Assembly (NCBI GenBank): GCA_005776725.1
Contig: SXOO01000119.1
Coordinates: 4,687-68,686, forward strand
Reading direction: 5' to 3'
Length of the DNA stretch: 64,000 nucleotides
Source: Pseudomonadota bacterium
Lineage (GTDB): Bacteria > Myxococcota_A > UBA9042 > GCA-2863065
The translations under genes and the position numbers were made by a program. Shown in pieces: positions 1-10,600 of this stretch. Below the pieces are notes generated by a model. It did no database searches. It was not told the origin of the DNA and saw only the letters and a list, made by a program, of their open reading frames with translations. Each line of letters begins with the position of its first letter. The stretch's first letter is position 1.

Positions 1-468
1 CCCGGGTCGCGGAGCCGGCAGAGAGCGCTCGCGGAACGCGAAGTCCTGCTGGTCCGAGGCACCCGGCTCCACAGGAGGCAGCCGGGACAGCAGCGCCTCG
101 GTCTCCGCGTCGGACAGCGGCGTGGCCACAGCGATCGGCGGGCGCTCGTACGCCCCGTCGCTACCCCCGGCGTTGCCCAGCGTAAACAAGAGCCCGTTCA
201 CGGGCTGCGGTGGCGAGGGATCCTTGGGTCCGCCGGCGGCGATCTCCGGGGCGGCCTCAGTGGGGGCCGGGGCCTCGGCGGGAGCGGGCCCGACCGGGGC
301 GGCCGCGTCAGCCTCGTGGAGGCGCGACGGCATGGGGGGGACCGGCTTTTTCTCGAAGCGTAGTGGCGCCGCGTCGGCTGGAGGGGGCGGATCGCTCTTC
401 TTACAGCCGCCCAGCGCGACGACGGTGGAGAAGGCGCAAAGCAGGAAGAGCGGCATTCGGCGGAGCAT
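1..468 (-). CDS. lipoprotein, N-terminal fragment (gene runs off the left window edge); possibly alpha-2-macroglobulin family
   Basis: Absent from the ORF track because it is open at the edge. The reverse complement of 468..1 reads MLRRMPLFLLCAFSTVVALGGCKKSDPPPP...PLSDAETEALLSRLPPVEPGASDQQDFAFRERSLPAPRP with no stop. The ATG at 468 has GAGG 7 nt upstream, and there is a lipobox L-G-G-C. The RLPP...FxFRxxSLPxPR stretch resembles bacterial A2M-type lipoprotein N-termini from memory only. Confidence 0.6.
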   Translation of the reverse strand, partial: MLRRMPLFLLCAFSTVVALGGCKKSDPPPPADAAPLRFEKKPVPPMPSRLHEADAAAPVGPAPAEAPAPTEAAPEIAAGGPKDPSPPQPVNGLLFTLGNAGGSDGAYERPPIAVATPLSDAETEALLSRLPPVEPGASDQQDFAFRERSLPAPRPG

Positions 469-566
469 GATGACCTCGCAGGACTCAGCGCCTAACGCAC
501 GGGTACCTCCGCACGTTCAGAGCTGGCGGCGCGACAGCCTGCCACCACCGCTCACGCTGTCCAGCA

Positions 567-1175
567 TCAGACGCGCACCTTCTCTGAGTCGATCACGGCC
601 CGCACGTTCGGGCGCTCCAGCACGCGCGTGGTGAAGGCCTTGAGGTTTGGCCACTCGGCGAGGTCGATCTTGAGCACGCGGGACCAGCCGACCACCACGA
701 AGAGATACGCATCCACCGCGCTGAACGACTCGCCCAGCATGAAGGGCTGCGTGGCCAGACGCTGGTCCAACACGGCGAAGCGCCGGCCCAGGATCTCCTT
801 GGCGACCGCCTTGAAGTCTTCTGGCGCCTTGGAGTTGAACAAGATGCTGAAGGTCTTGTGGACCTCGGTGCTCACGAACGCCAGCTGTGACAGAGCCACA
901 GCGGCCTCGCGCGTGCCCGGCGGGGGCAGCATCACACCGGGGCGCTGGTCGCAGAGCCAGGTGAGCACGGCGGCGACCTCCGTGAGGACTGTGCCGTCGT
1001 CCAGCTCGAGCACCGGCACATACCCGAGCGGGTTCACGTCGAGGAAGTTGCGGCCCGACGCGGTGACCTTCGTGGCCCGGTCTACGCGGTCGACAGTGAG
1101 CTCGAGCCCGAGCTCGCGGGCCACGATCAGAGCCGCCTGGGAGCAGGTGAACGGGATGGTGTAGAGCGTCGTCAT
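567..1175 (-). CDS. glutathione S-transferase, beta class (GstA-like)
   Basis: 202-aa ORF. The N-terminus MTTLYTIPFTCSQAALIVAREL...VNPLGYVPVLELDDGTVLTE and the C-terminal FSAVDAYLFVVVGW...WPNLKAF...RPNV run parallel to E. coli GstA, including the active-site Cys/Ser (TCS). Confidence 0.85.
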   Translation of the reverse strand: MTTLYTIPFTCSQAALIVARELGLELTVDRVDRATKVTASGRNFLDVNPLGYVPVLELDDGTVLTEVAAVLTWLCDQRPGVMLPPPGTREAAVALSQLAFVSTEVHKTFSILFNSKAPEDFKAVAKEILGRRFAVLDQRLATQPFMLGESFSAVDAYLFVVVGWSRVLKIDLAEWPNLKAFTTRVLERPNVRAVIDSEKVRV

Positions 1176-1206
1176 GGTGCCAAGGCCTTTCGGGTGGTTG
1201 AGGGGG

Positions 1207-2487
1207 TCAAGGGAGTGTGGCGAGGACCGCAGCCGCCCAGCTGGTGCCGGTCCACAGTGATCCGAGGGGCTCCGCCGCGGAGACCGGCATGGCCTCGAGG
1301 ACCTCGGTGCTCAGGGTGAGCGGCTCGCCGGGCAGGGAGTCGGCCGTCACGTCGACGCCGCCGAGGCGCACCCATTGGAGATATCGAGCACCGCTATGGG
1401 TCTCGAGCACCCTGACGACCGCGAGGACCGTGACGCCGTACGGGGACGCCAAGACCTCGAACTCGACGGTGCTGCCGTCGCCCAGAGTGGGGGCGAGCAC
1501 CTCAGGGCCACCCTCCGCGGCGGTGACAGGCTCCGCGACGCATTGCGCGTAGACCGTGGATGACTTGAGAACGAGGAGGCGCGTGGCAGCGATCTTCGCC
1601 GCGACCAGCGGTTCGGTCTTGCCGTCGCCCCACACGGCGCTGTCCGGGATCCCCGGATACGCGAACACCAGCTGCATCGAGAGGCTGCCGCCTTCGGCGA
1701 GCGAGACCGACGCCGCGGCCGTGACGATCGGCTGCGGCTCGGCGGGGACGCCGCCCTTGGGCTCATCCGGCAGCGCCCCCAGCGGGACCTTGGCCTGTGT
1801 GGGGCCCGCCGGGTTGTCTACGGAGTGGTCGCAGCCCGCCTCGACGCAGAAGGGCCCATCGCAGCGCCAGCAGTCGCACGCGCCCACGATGCAGCGTTCG
1901 GCGCAGCCGGCGTTCCCTGCGCAGCTGCCGTCGTACTGCCGGGTGGTGGCGTCGCCCGCCACCGTGCACGCCGGCACGTACTCGCACGAGCCGCCCACAC
2001 ACCAGCGACCGCCGGAGCACGGCGTTCCGTCGGGAGCGTCCGTGCGGACGCAGCTCACCGTGGTGTCGTCGCAGTGCTCGGTGAAGCAGCCGTCGGGATC
2101 ATCCGACTGGCACGGCGGTGGGCCCGGAATGCAGGTGCCGGCGGTGCACGTGCCCGTCGACGCCACGCACGACGCCGCGCCACAGGGCTCGCCCTCGGCG
2201 CTATGGGTGAGCACGCACTTCGAGGTGCTGGGGTCCCAGACCAAGGTGTTGCACTCGCCGCCCCCCGGGGGGCAGGTCGGCACGTCCACGGGTGGAGCGT
2301 CTGCAGAGCCGAGGTCCGCTGGGGGGGCGCTCGCGTCGTCGCCCGGTACCGCGACCACGTCCTCGAGCAGCACATACGGGCGTCCGGCGTCCGCTGGGTC
2401 GGCCGGGCCCGCGCAACCGAGCGACGCCGCTGCGAGCCACCACCACCTGAGCGGAGGCGTCCAGGGCGCTTGGCGCAACCGGCTCAC
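1207..2487 (-). CDS. Cys-rich secreted lipoprotein (unknown function)
   Basis: Only the C-terminal 426 codons of the 1148-aa track ORF look real. The GTG at 2487 gives [27 protein letters not shown], a signal peptide with lipobox. About two dozen Cys follow within roughly 150 aa ([11 protein letters not shown]...[16 protein letters not shown]), then a beta-rich domain. The start overlaps the selD stop as GTGA. Confidence 0.7.
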   Translation of the reverse strand: MSRLRQAPWTPPLRWWWLAAASLGCAGPADPADAGRPYVLLEDVVAVPGDDASAPPADLGSADAPPVDVPTCPPGGGECNTLVWDPSTSKCVLTHSAEGEPCGAASCVASTGTCTAGTCIPGPPPCQSDDPDGCFTEHCDDTTVSCVRTDAPDGTPCSGGRWCVGGSCEYVPACTVAGDATTRQYDGSCAGNAGCAERCIVGACDCWRCDGPFCVEAGCDHSVDNPAGPTQAKVPLGALPDEPKGGVPAEPQPIVTAAASVSLAEGGSLSMQLVFAYPGIPDSAVWGDGKTEPLVAAKIAATRLLVLKSSTVYAQCVAEPVTAAEGGPEVLAPTLGDGSTVEFEVLASPYGVTVLAVVRVLETHSGARYLQWVRLGGVDVTADSLPGEPLTLSTEVLEAMPVSAAEPLGSLWTGTSWAAAVLATLP

Positions 2488-3518
2488 TCGTCCACCACCA
2501 CGAGATGCTCCCCGAGAGGCTCGAACTCGCCGAAGGGCTGGAGATCGAGCCCGTTGTCGGCCGCGAGCACCTCGAAGTCCTGCTGATGACGCGGGTCTAC
2601 CGCCACGAGGAGCCCGCCGCTGGTTTGTGGGTCGCACAGGAGGTCGCGTGTGGCGTCCGAAAGCGGGCTCACGCGTTCGCCGTAGCTGCGGTGGTTCCGG
2701 CCTGTGCCTCCGGGCACGCAGCCCAGCGCGAGGTAGTGGTCCACCGCGGGGAGCCGGGGGACGTCTGCCAGCCGGACCCGGGCAGTGGCTTTGCTGGCGG
2801 CGCACATCTCGCCCAGGTGCCCGAGCAACCCGAAGCCGGTAACGTCGGTGAGTGCCCGCACATACGCGCAGGGGCCGAGCACCGCGCCGAAGCGGTTGAG
2901 GCGCAACATGCTCTCCTTGGCGAGGTGAGCGTGCTCGGGCGCGAGGCGGCTGCGCTTCTCGGCGGTGGTGAGGATGCCCACGCCCAGCGGCTTGGTGAGG
3001 TACAGCAGGTCGCCCGGCGCGGCGCCCCCGTTGCGCTTCAGGTGCTCGAGGCGCACCCGACCGGTGACCGCGAGACCGAAGATGGGCTCCGGGCTGTCGA
3101 TGCTGTGCCCGCCGGCGAGCGGGATGCCGGCTTCGGCGCACGCCAGCCTCCCGCCCTCCACGACCCGGCCGGCTACCTCGGGTGGGAGCTTGTCCACCGG
3201 CCAGCCGAGGATGGCGATCGCGAGCAGGGGGCTGCCGCCCATGGCGTACACGTCGCTGATGGCGTTGACCGCCGCGATACGCCCGAAGTCCAGCGGGTCG
3301 TCCACGATGGGCATGAAGAAGTCGGTGGTGGAGATCACCCCGGTCCCGTCGCCGAGGTCCAGAACCGCCGCGTCGTCGCGCTCGGAGTTGCCCACCCAGA
3401 GGCGCGGATCGGCGCGGCCGGGCGACACCGTGGCGAGGATCTTGTCGAGGAGCGCGGGGGCGATCTTGCATCCGCAACCGGCGCCATGGCTGAACTGGGT
3501 GAGGCGGACGTCGTTCAT
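2484..3518 (-). CDS. selD: selenide, water dikinase (selenophosphate synthetase)
   Basis: From the ATG at 3518 it reads [28 protein letters not shown]...DDAAV...[25 protein letters not shown]...PGGT.RN. This is the canonical SelD/AIR-synthase-like pattern with Cys (not Sec) in GAGCGCK. Length is 344 aa, close to E. coli SelD. The 93-aa upstream extension in the track is rejected. Confidence 0.93.
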   Translation of the reverse strand: MNDVRLTQFSHGAGCGCKIAPALLDKILATVSPGRADPRLWVGNSERDDAAVLDLGDGTGVISTTDFFMPIVDDPLDFGRIAAVNAISDVYAMGGSPLLAIAILGWPVDKLPPEVAGRVVEGGRLACAEAGIPLAGGHSIDSPEPIFGLAVTGRVRLEHLKRNGGAAPGDLLYLTKPLGVGILTTAEKRSRLAPEHAHLAKESMLRLNRFGAVLGPCAYVRALTDVTGFGLLGHLGEMCAASKATARVRLADVPRLPAVDHYLALGCVPGGTGRNHRSYGERVSPLSDATRDLLCDPQTSGGLLVAVDPRHQQDFEVLAADNGLDLQPFGEFEPLGEHLVVVDE

Positions 3519-3672
3519 GGCGCGCCACTCTGCCGGAGGGCTGCCCGCCGCGCCACTCGGGACTGCTGCGAGCCGCAACGCAAGACACGGGAGCCCTCCG
3601 ATCCAGGTTGGGACTCGTGACTTCCAGGCCTCGAGGCCAGAGAGTAGGGGACCACCCCATGGAGCCCGCTGA

Positions 3673-4638
3673 ATGATCTCGCTCGCCCTGGTCACCGCCC
3701 TGGTGATGGAGAAGCCCCCCGAGGCCGTCGTCTGGAAGAAGCTCCCCATCGACGCGCTGATCTGCACTCGCTTTGGCCCGCCCTGGCGACGTGACAAGGG
3801 GCCTTATCCCTCGGTCCTGAAGGGGCGGCGGACCGAGGAGCCGTTCACGGTGTCGTTTCCCGGGGGACACGAGCTGAAGCTCACCGTGGCAGCCAAGGGC
3901 CCTGCCAAGCAGAACATCACTTACTCCACGACCGGGTGGCCGCCCGACGCGCAGTTCGACCCCGCCAAGGGGACCCTGCGCTGGACCGTGCCCGCGTATG
4001 TGAAGGCCTTCGAGGTCAGCTTCGGCGCCACGGTGCCCTCCGGGGCTGCGGCGACGCCCTGGAAGATGGTCATTACGCCCCCGACCCCAGCGGAGCTGGT
4101 CGCGTGGGACGCTGGCCTGGGCGGGAAGGCCTGGCCCGACTGTGACGCGCGTCCGGAGAACATGGAGCTGACTGAGCGCGACCTCGACGGCGACGGCCAC
4201 GGAGACGTGGTGGTCTCCACGGAGTGGACCGAGGGCGGCGATCCGCACGAACACCGCTTCTCGCGGCACCAGATCGCGCTGCGCGGGGCAGCGGGCAAAC
4301 GCGCGCGGCGCATCGACTGGCCGCCCGCGGCTCTGGAGGGGCTCCTCGGCAGCTTGGCGTTCGAGAAGGCTCCGGATGGCACGGTGCTGCTCGTGGTCAC
4401 CGAGCACGCCTGCGACGGCGGCGAGCCGGTCACGGTTTACCGCGTGAGCAAGGGCGCGGTCGTCGAGGCGGGCGCCTTCGAGCCTGACCACAGCGAGGAC
4501 CCCTCGGGCAACGTCGATGAGGACCCGGACTTCGACGTCAAGGCCGAGCGCGCACCGGACGGGAGCGTGGGTGCCTATCAGGTGACCTCCCGCGGCAAGA
4601 CGCGGCGCTACGCTTGGCGGCGAGGCGCCTTCCGATAG
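3673..4638 (+). CDS. hypothetical protein (Ig/He_PIG-like stretch plus one FG-GAP-like [12 protein letters not shown] motif)
   Basis: 321-aa ORF with coding-like composition. An in-frame TGA lies immediately upstream of the ATG. It contains [26 protein letters not shown] and [16 protein letters not shown] motifs. No confident family assignment. Confidence 0.55.
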   Translation: MISLALVTALVMEKPPEAVVWKKLPIDALICTRFGPPWRRDKGPYPSVLKGRRTEEPFTVSFPGGHELKLTVAAKGPAKQNITYSTTGWPPDAQFDPAKGTLRWTVPAYVKAFEVSFGATVPSGAAATPWKMVITPPTPAELVAWDAGLGGKAWPDCDARPENMELTERDLDGDGHGDVVVSTEWTEGGDPHEHRFSRHQIALRGAAGKRARRIDWPPAALEGLLGSLAFEKAPDGTVLLVVTEHACDGGEPVTVYRVSKGAVVEAGAFEPDHSEDPSGNVDEDPDFDVKAERAPDGSVGAYQVTSRGKTRRYAWRRGAFR

Positions 4639-4685
4639 CGGCTGGAGCTGCAATCCAAGCGGATAGTCGCGTAGACTCCGTGGTC

Positions 4686-7600
4686 ATGACGCTGTCCCCC
4701 CGCTCGATCTTCGCCGCGATGTCGTTCCTTGGCGCATGCGCGGCCCCCGACACCGCGGTGACCGGCGTCGACGTCCCTCTCGGCAGCGACGACATCGTCG
4801 ACGTGGCGCAGGGTGGGGAGGTCGCCAGCGGTGAGCTTCCCGTCACCGACCTCGCTCCGTCCTCCGACTTGGTGACGGCAGAGGACGCGACGCCGCCCGA
4901 CCCGGACGCTGCTCTGCCGTCAGAGCCCTGCGCTCCCTGTGAAGACACCTGCGAGGGGCTCACGTGTATCGAGGGCTTCTGCCTGGCCCCGTGTGCGGAC
5001 GGCGCCTGCGACGATGGCGCCGTCTGCGAAGGCGGCCTGTGCAGGCCCGCCGGCGGCGAGTGTGCCTGCCGCCCCGGGGTGGACGCGGACCGGTCATGTT
5101 CGGTCGAGAACGCCCACGGTAGCTGCGAGGGTACCGAGCGCTGTACGGGCTTCACCTGGATCTGCGACGCCGGAGTGCCCGCCGAGGAGACCTGCAACGG
5201 CGCAGACGACGACTGCAACGGACTCACGGATGACCTGGCCCCCCGGCCCTGTAGCCAGACCAACGCGGTCGGGTCGTGCTCCGGGCTCGAGACCTGCGCC
5301 GGCGGCGTGTGGAGCCCGTGCAGCGCGGCGGTGCCGGTGGCCGAGAGCTGCAACGGCGCGGACGACGATTGCGACGGGCAGACCGACGGGCTGCCGCCGG
5401 CGCCGTGCGCGGCATCCAACGCCGAGGGGACCTGCACCGGCACGCAAGCCTGCGAGGGCGGTTCCCTGGCAGCGTGCACCGCGGCGGTCCCAGAACCGGA
5501 GAGCTGCAACGGCGCGGACGACGACTGCGACGGGCAGACGGACGAGCAGCCGCCGGCTCCGTGCGACGTCGACAACGCCTTCGGGAGCTGCACGGGCTTC
5601 AGCGCATGCACGCTCGGGAGCCTCGGCCCCTGCGACGCGCCTGCTCCCGCTGCCGAGCTCTGCAACTCCGCCGACGATGACTGCGACGGTGAGACTGACG
5701 AGGACCTCACGGCCGAGCCCTGCCTCCGCACCAACGCGTTCGGGGCGTGCCCGGGGAGCTGGGCGTGTGAGGCCGGTGAGTTCGGAGAGTGCGCCGGCCC
5801 CGACGCGGCGCCTGAGCTCTGCAACGGCGTGGACGACGACTGCAACGAGCTCATCGACGAGCTGTCGGAGTGCACCACCGACACCGACTCCGACGGCTGG
5901 CTCGACTTCGAGGATCTCTGCGACGAGGTGTTCGAAACTGCGCAACTCGACACGGACGGGGACGGGGCCGGAGACCTGTGTGACGCGGACGACGACGACG
6001 ATGGCGTCCTCGACGTGGACGACCTCTGCACGCTCCTCGCCGGACCCACGCCGCCCGACCTCGACGAAGACGGTCTCGGCGATCCCTGCGATCCCGACGA
6101 CGACGCGGACACCGTGCCGGACATCGTGGACGTGTGCCCCGCGTTCTACGACCCGAAGCAGCTCGACTTCGAGGGCGACGGACTAGGCAATCCGTGCGAC
6201 CCGGACGACGACGGCGACGCCGTCCTCGACGAGGTCGACAACTGTGCGTTCGCTGCCAACCCCAAGCAGTCGGACGTGGACAAGGACACGATGGGAGATG
6301 CCTGCGACCTGGACGCCGACAACGACGGACTGTTCGGCGAGGCCGACAACTGCCCCATCCACGCGAACATCGGTCAGGCCGACAACGAGGGCGACGGCAA
6401 GGGCGACCCTTGCGACCTCGACGACGACAACGACGACCTGGACGACGAGGACGACAACTGCCCCACGGTCTCCTCCACGGACACCACCGACCCCGACAAC
6501 GACGGTCTGGGCGCACCCTGCGACCCCGACGACGACAACGACTCCGTGCCGGACACGCACGACAACTGCCGGGTAGTGAAGAACCCGACGCAGGAGAACC
6601 TGGACGGCGACTCGCTGGGTGACGCCTGCGACTCCGACCGGGATGGCGACGCGCTCTTGGACTCGAAGGACAACTGCCCGGGGATCAGCAACCCCACGCA
6701 GGCCGATCAGGACGAGGACGACGTCGGCGATGTTTGTGATCCGGACCGCGACGGGGATGGGGTCCTCAACGGCGTCGACAACTGCCCCGATCTGCCGAAC
6801 ACCGCGCAGGCCGACCTCGACAAGGACCTCATCGGAGACGCCTGTGACGGCGATCGCGACAACGACGGAGTGGCCAACTCGAAAGATCTCTGCCCCGACG
6901 CGGCCGACCCGTCGCAGCTCAACACGGACGGCGATGGCACCGGAGACGCGTGTGACACGGACGACGACGGCGATGGGCGGGCGGACTCGGCGGACAACTG
7001 CCCGCTGCACGCCAACGGCGACCAGGCCAACCAGGACGGGGACGGCGCAGGCGACGCGTGCGACCCCGATATCGACGGCGACGGCCGCCTCAACCCGTCC
7101 GACAACTGCGTGACTGTCCCCAACAGCGACCAACAGAACCACGACTCGGACCCTTTCGGTAACGCCTGCGACTCGGACGACGACGACGACGGCTTCGCGG
7201 ACATCTCCGACGCGTGCCCCACGCTGTTCGAGTTCTTCCAGTTCGACTCGGACAAGGACGGGCTGGGCAACGCTTGCGACGACGACGACGACAACGACAA
7301 GCGCCTGGACGGCGACGACAACTGCCCGCTCCACCCCAACTTCGATCAGGCCGACGCCGACAACGACGGCCGCGGCGACCCTTGCGACGCCGACGGCGAC
7401 GTCGACGGCCTGCTGGATGGTCAGGACAACTGTCCGATTGTGTTCAACCCCGACCAGACCAACTCTGACGGCGACGCCCAGGGGAACGCCTGTGATCTGG
7501 ACGACGACAACGACGCGGTCGCGGACGCGCAGGACAAGTGCCCGGTCGTCTTCGATCCGGCTCAATTCGACACGGACCAAGACGGCAAGGGTGACGCGTG

Positions 7601-10600
7601 CGACCTCGACGACGACGGGGACGGCGTAGCCGACACCACGGACAACTGCGTGGCGGTGGCCAACTCGGATCAGACCAATACCGACGGAGACTCGCTGGGC
7701 GACCGCTGCGACACGGACGACGACGATGACGGCAAGGTGGATGGTCAGGACAACTGTCCCCTCGTGGAGAACGCCAACCAGGCCGACCAGGACAAGGACG
7801 GCGTGGGCGACTTGTGCGACGCGGACCGGGACGGCGACGGCCTCGCCAACGCGAACGACAACTGCCCGGTGGTGATCAACCCGAACCAGGGCGATCTCGA
7901 CACTGATGGTGTGGGCGACGTGTGCGACACCGACCGCGACGGCGACACGGTGCTGGACGCGAACGACAATTGCCCCACCAAGGCCAACAAGAACCAAGCC
8001 AACATGGATGGGGATGCTCAGGGCGACGCCTGCGACGGTGACGCGGATGGCGACGCCACGGACGACAGCATCGACCTGTGTCCGGGACTATTCGACGATC
8101 AGCTGGATACGGACCACGACGGCAAGGGCGACGCGTGCGACAGCGACGACGACGGCGATGGCCACCTGGACCTTGGCGACAACTGCCCGCGTGTGTCCAA
8201 CCCGACGCAAGCAGACAGCGACAACGACAAGAAAGGCGACGCCTGCGACGGTGACGCCGACGGAGACGGCCTGGAGTTCGCGGCGGACAATTGTCCCAGC
8301 GTGGCCAACCCGGACCAGGCCGACCTCGACAGGGATGGCATCGGTGACATCTGCGATGTCGACCGGGACGGCGACAGCGTCGTCGATCTCCAGGACCGGT
8401 GCCCGTTCGTGTTCGACGACCAGACCGACACGGACACTGACGGTCTGGGCAACGCGTGCGACACGGACGACGACGGAGACGGGAAGCCCGACGCGACGGA
8501 TGTGTGCCCGCTGGTCAAAGATCCGACCCAGCTGGATACGGACGGGGACGGGCAGGGCGATCAGTGCGACTCGGACCAGGACAACGACGGCGTCTCGAAC
8601 ACCTTTGACAACTGCCCGAAGACGGCCAACTCCACACAGTCCGATATCGACGGCGACGACCTGGGAGACGCTTGCGACGATGACCGCGATGGTGATGGGC
8701 TCAAGAACAACGTCGACAACTGTCCTTCAGCAGACAACGATGACCAGACCGACTCGGATGGCGACAAGCAGGGCGACGCCTGCGATCCTGACGATGACGG
8801 CGACGGCGTCGCCGACGCAACGGACAACTGCCCCGACCAGTCGAACCCGGAGCAGTTCGACACCGACGAAGACAAGGTCGGTGACCCGTGCGACGGGGAC
8901 CGGGATGGCGATGGCGCGCCGAACGGCACGGACGCGTGCCCCGACCTGGCCGATGACCAGACGAACACCGACGGCGATAGCCTCGGAGACGCCTGCGATC
9001 TCGACGACGACAACGACTTCGTCATCGATCTCGCCGACAACTGCCTGCTCGTGAAGAACCCGAGTCAGTCGGACCTCGACAAGGACCTCGTGGGCGACGC
9101 GTGTGACTCGGACAGCGACAACGACGGACGCGGAGACAAGGACGACAACTGCCCGCTCGCAGCGAATGTGAATCAGGCCGACCTGGACAAAGACGGCGTG
9201 GGCGACATGTGCGACGAAGACGACGACGCCGACGGCATCGCCGACACCACGGACAACTGCGTGATCGTGCCCAACTCGAACCAGCAGGACAGCGACCAGG
9301 ACTTCGTCGGCAACGCCTGCGATCCCGATGACGACAACGACCAGAAGCCGGATGACCTGGACAACTGCCCGACCATCGCGAACGCGGACCAGGCGGACGT
9401 GGACAACGACGGACTCGGAGATCTGTGCGACGTGGACCAAGACGGCGATGGACACTCGGACGTCTCCGACAACTGCGTCGCCGTGGTGAACCCCACACAG
9501 GAGGACAAGAACGGCGACGGTGAGGGCGACGCCTGCGATGTCGACGACGACGGAGATGGCGTCCCCGACCTCACCGACCTGTGTCCGCGAGATCCTGATC
9601 CCGCGCAGCTCGACATAGACAACGACGGCAAGGGCACGCCCTGCGACGACGACGACGACGGCGACGGGATCCTGGACGGGCCGGACAACTGCAACCTGGT
9701 CGCCAACCCGGCGCAGAAAGACTCAGACGGAGACTCTGCCGGCGACGTCTGCGATCCCGACGATGACAACGACGGCCTCGCGGATGGCGAGGACAACTGC
9801 AGCCTGCACTTCAACCCGACGCAGATCGACACGGACAACGATCAGATCGGCGACATCTGTGATGTGGACTTCGACGGTGACGGCGTGCCAGACGCTACGG
9901 ACAACTGCAGCTATGTCGCGAACGGCAATCAGGCCAACGCCGATGGTGACCCCCAGGGCGACGTGTGCGACTCGGACGACGACAACGACGCCAGGCCCGA
10001 CGAAAGCGACAATTGCTCTACCGTGCCCAACTCCCAGCAGGAGAACGCCGACGGCGACGGCCAGGGCGACGCGTGCGACACGGACGACGACAACGACGGC
10101 AAGCTGGACGGCATCGACATCTGCCCGCTGCTGGCGTTCGAGCCCGCTACGGACACCGACGGCGACAAGATGGGGGACGCGTGCGACCCGGATGACGACA
10201 ACGACGGCTACACCGACGCGGGCGACAACTGCCCAACCGTAGTCAACATCGACCAGTTCGACGCCGACAACGACAGCCTCGGTGACGGCTGTGATCCGGA
10301 CGACGACGGCGACGGATCGCTCGACGCCGCGGACTGCCTGCCGCGAGACGCCTCGGTGTTTCCCGGAGCGCCCGAGCAGTGCAACGGGATCGACGACAAC
10401 TGCGACGGCGCGTTGGACGTGAACGCGACCGGGTGTGTCTCTCTCTTCGAGAACAAGGACGGCGACGGGTATGGCTCCTCCGTGAAGGCGTGCGTCTGTT
10501 TGGGCACGCCGGGTTGGGCCCTAATCGGTGGGGACTGCGACGACACCACGGCCGAGGCGTATCCCGGCAAGGCCGAGATCTGCGGCAACAGCATCGACGA

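Noticed and set aside
122-634. Plus-strand ORFs 122..634 and 210..470
   Set aside because: They have A/G/R/S-rich low-information sequence. They lie opposite a minus-strand reading frame that has a good Shine-Dalgarno sequence, ATG and lipobox (1..468), and they overlap the GST gene.
3519-3797. 93-aa N-terminal extension of selD in the track
   Set aside because: SelD homologues start a few residues before LTQ(F/Y)SHGAGCGCK. The extension has no similarity and has odd composition.
2488-4653. N-terminal about 720 aa of the 1148-aa minus-strand track ORF (1207..4653)
   Set aside because: It is R/P/G/A-rich with no domain-like sequence. It runs out of frame through selD and antisense to the 3673..4638 gene. 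A GTG with a signal peptide and lipobox at 2487, overlapping the selD stop, explains the real gene.
4538-7997. Long antisense or alternative-frame ORFs inside the giant gene (e.g. 4538..6124, 5094..5945, 6183..7997, 4939..6186)
   Set aside because: Their translations are monotonous S/P-, V- or R/T-rich strings. They mirror the GAC/GGC-rich codons of the TSP3 repeats, which is a typical high-GC artefact.
5880-10340. Periodic units of about 110 bp that could be mistaken for a CRISPR-like or satellite array
   Set aside because: The periodicity lies within one continuous ORF and corresponds to diverged protein repeats. There are no identical direct repeats with unique spacers and no cas genes.
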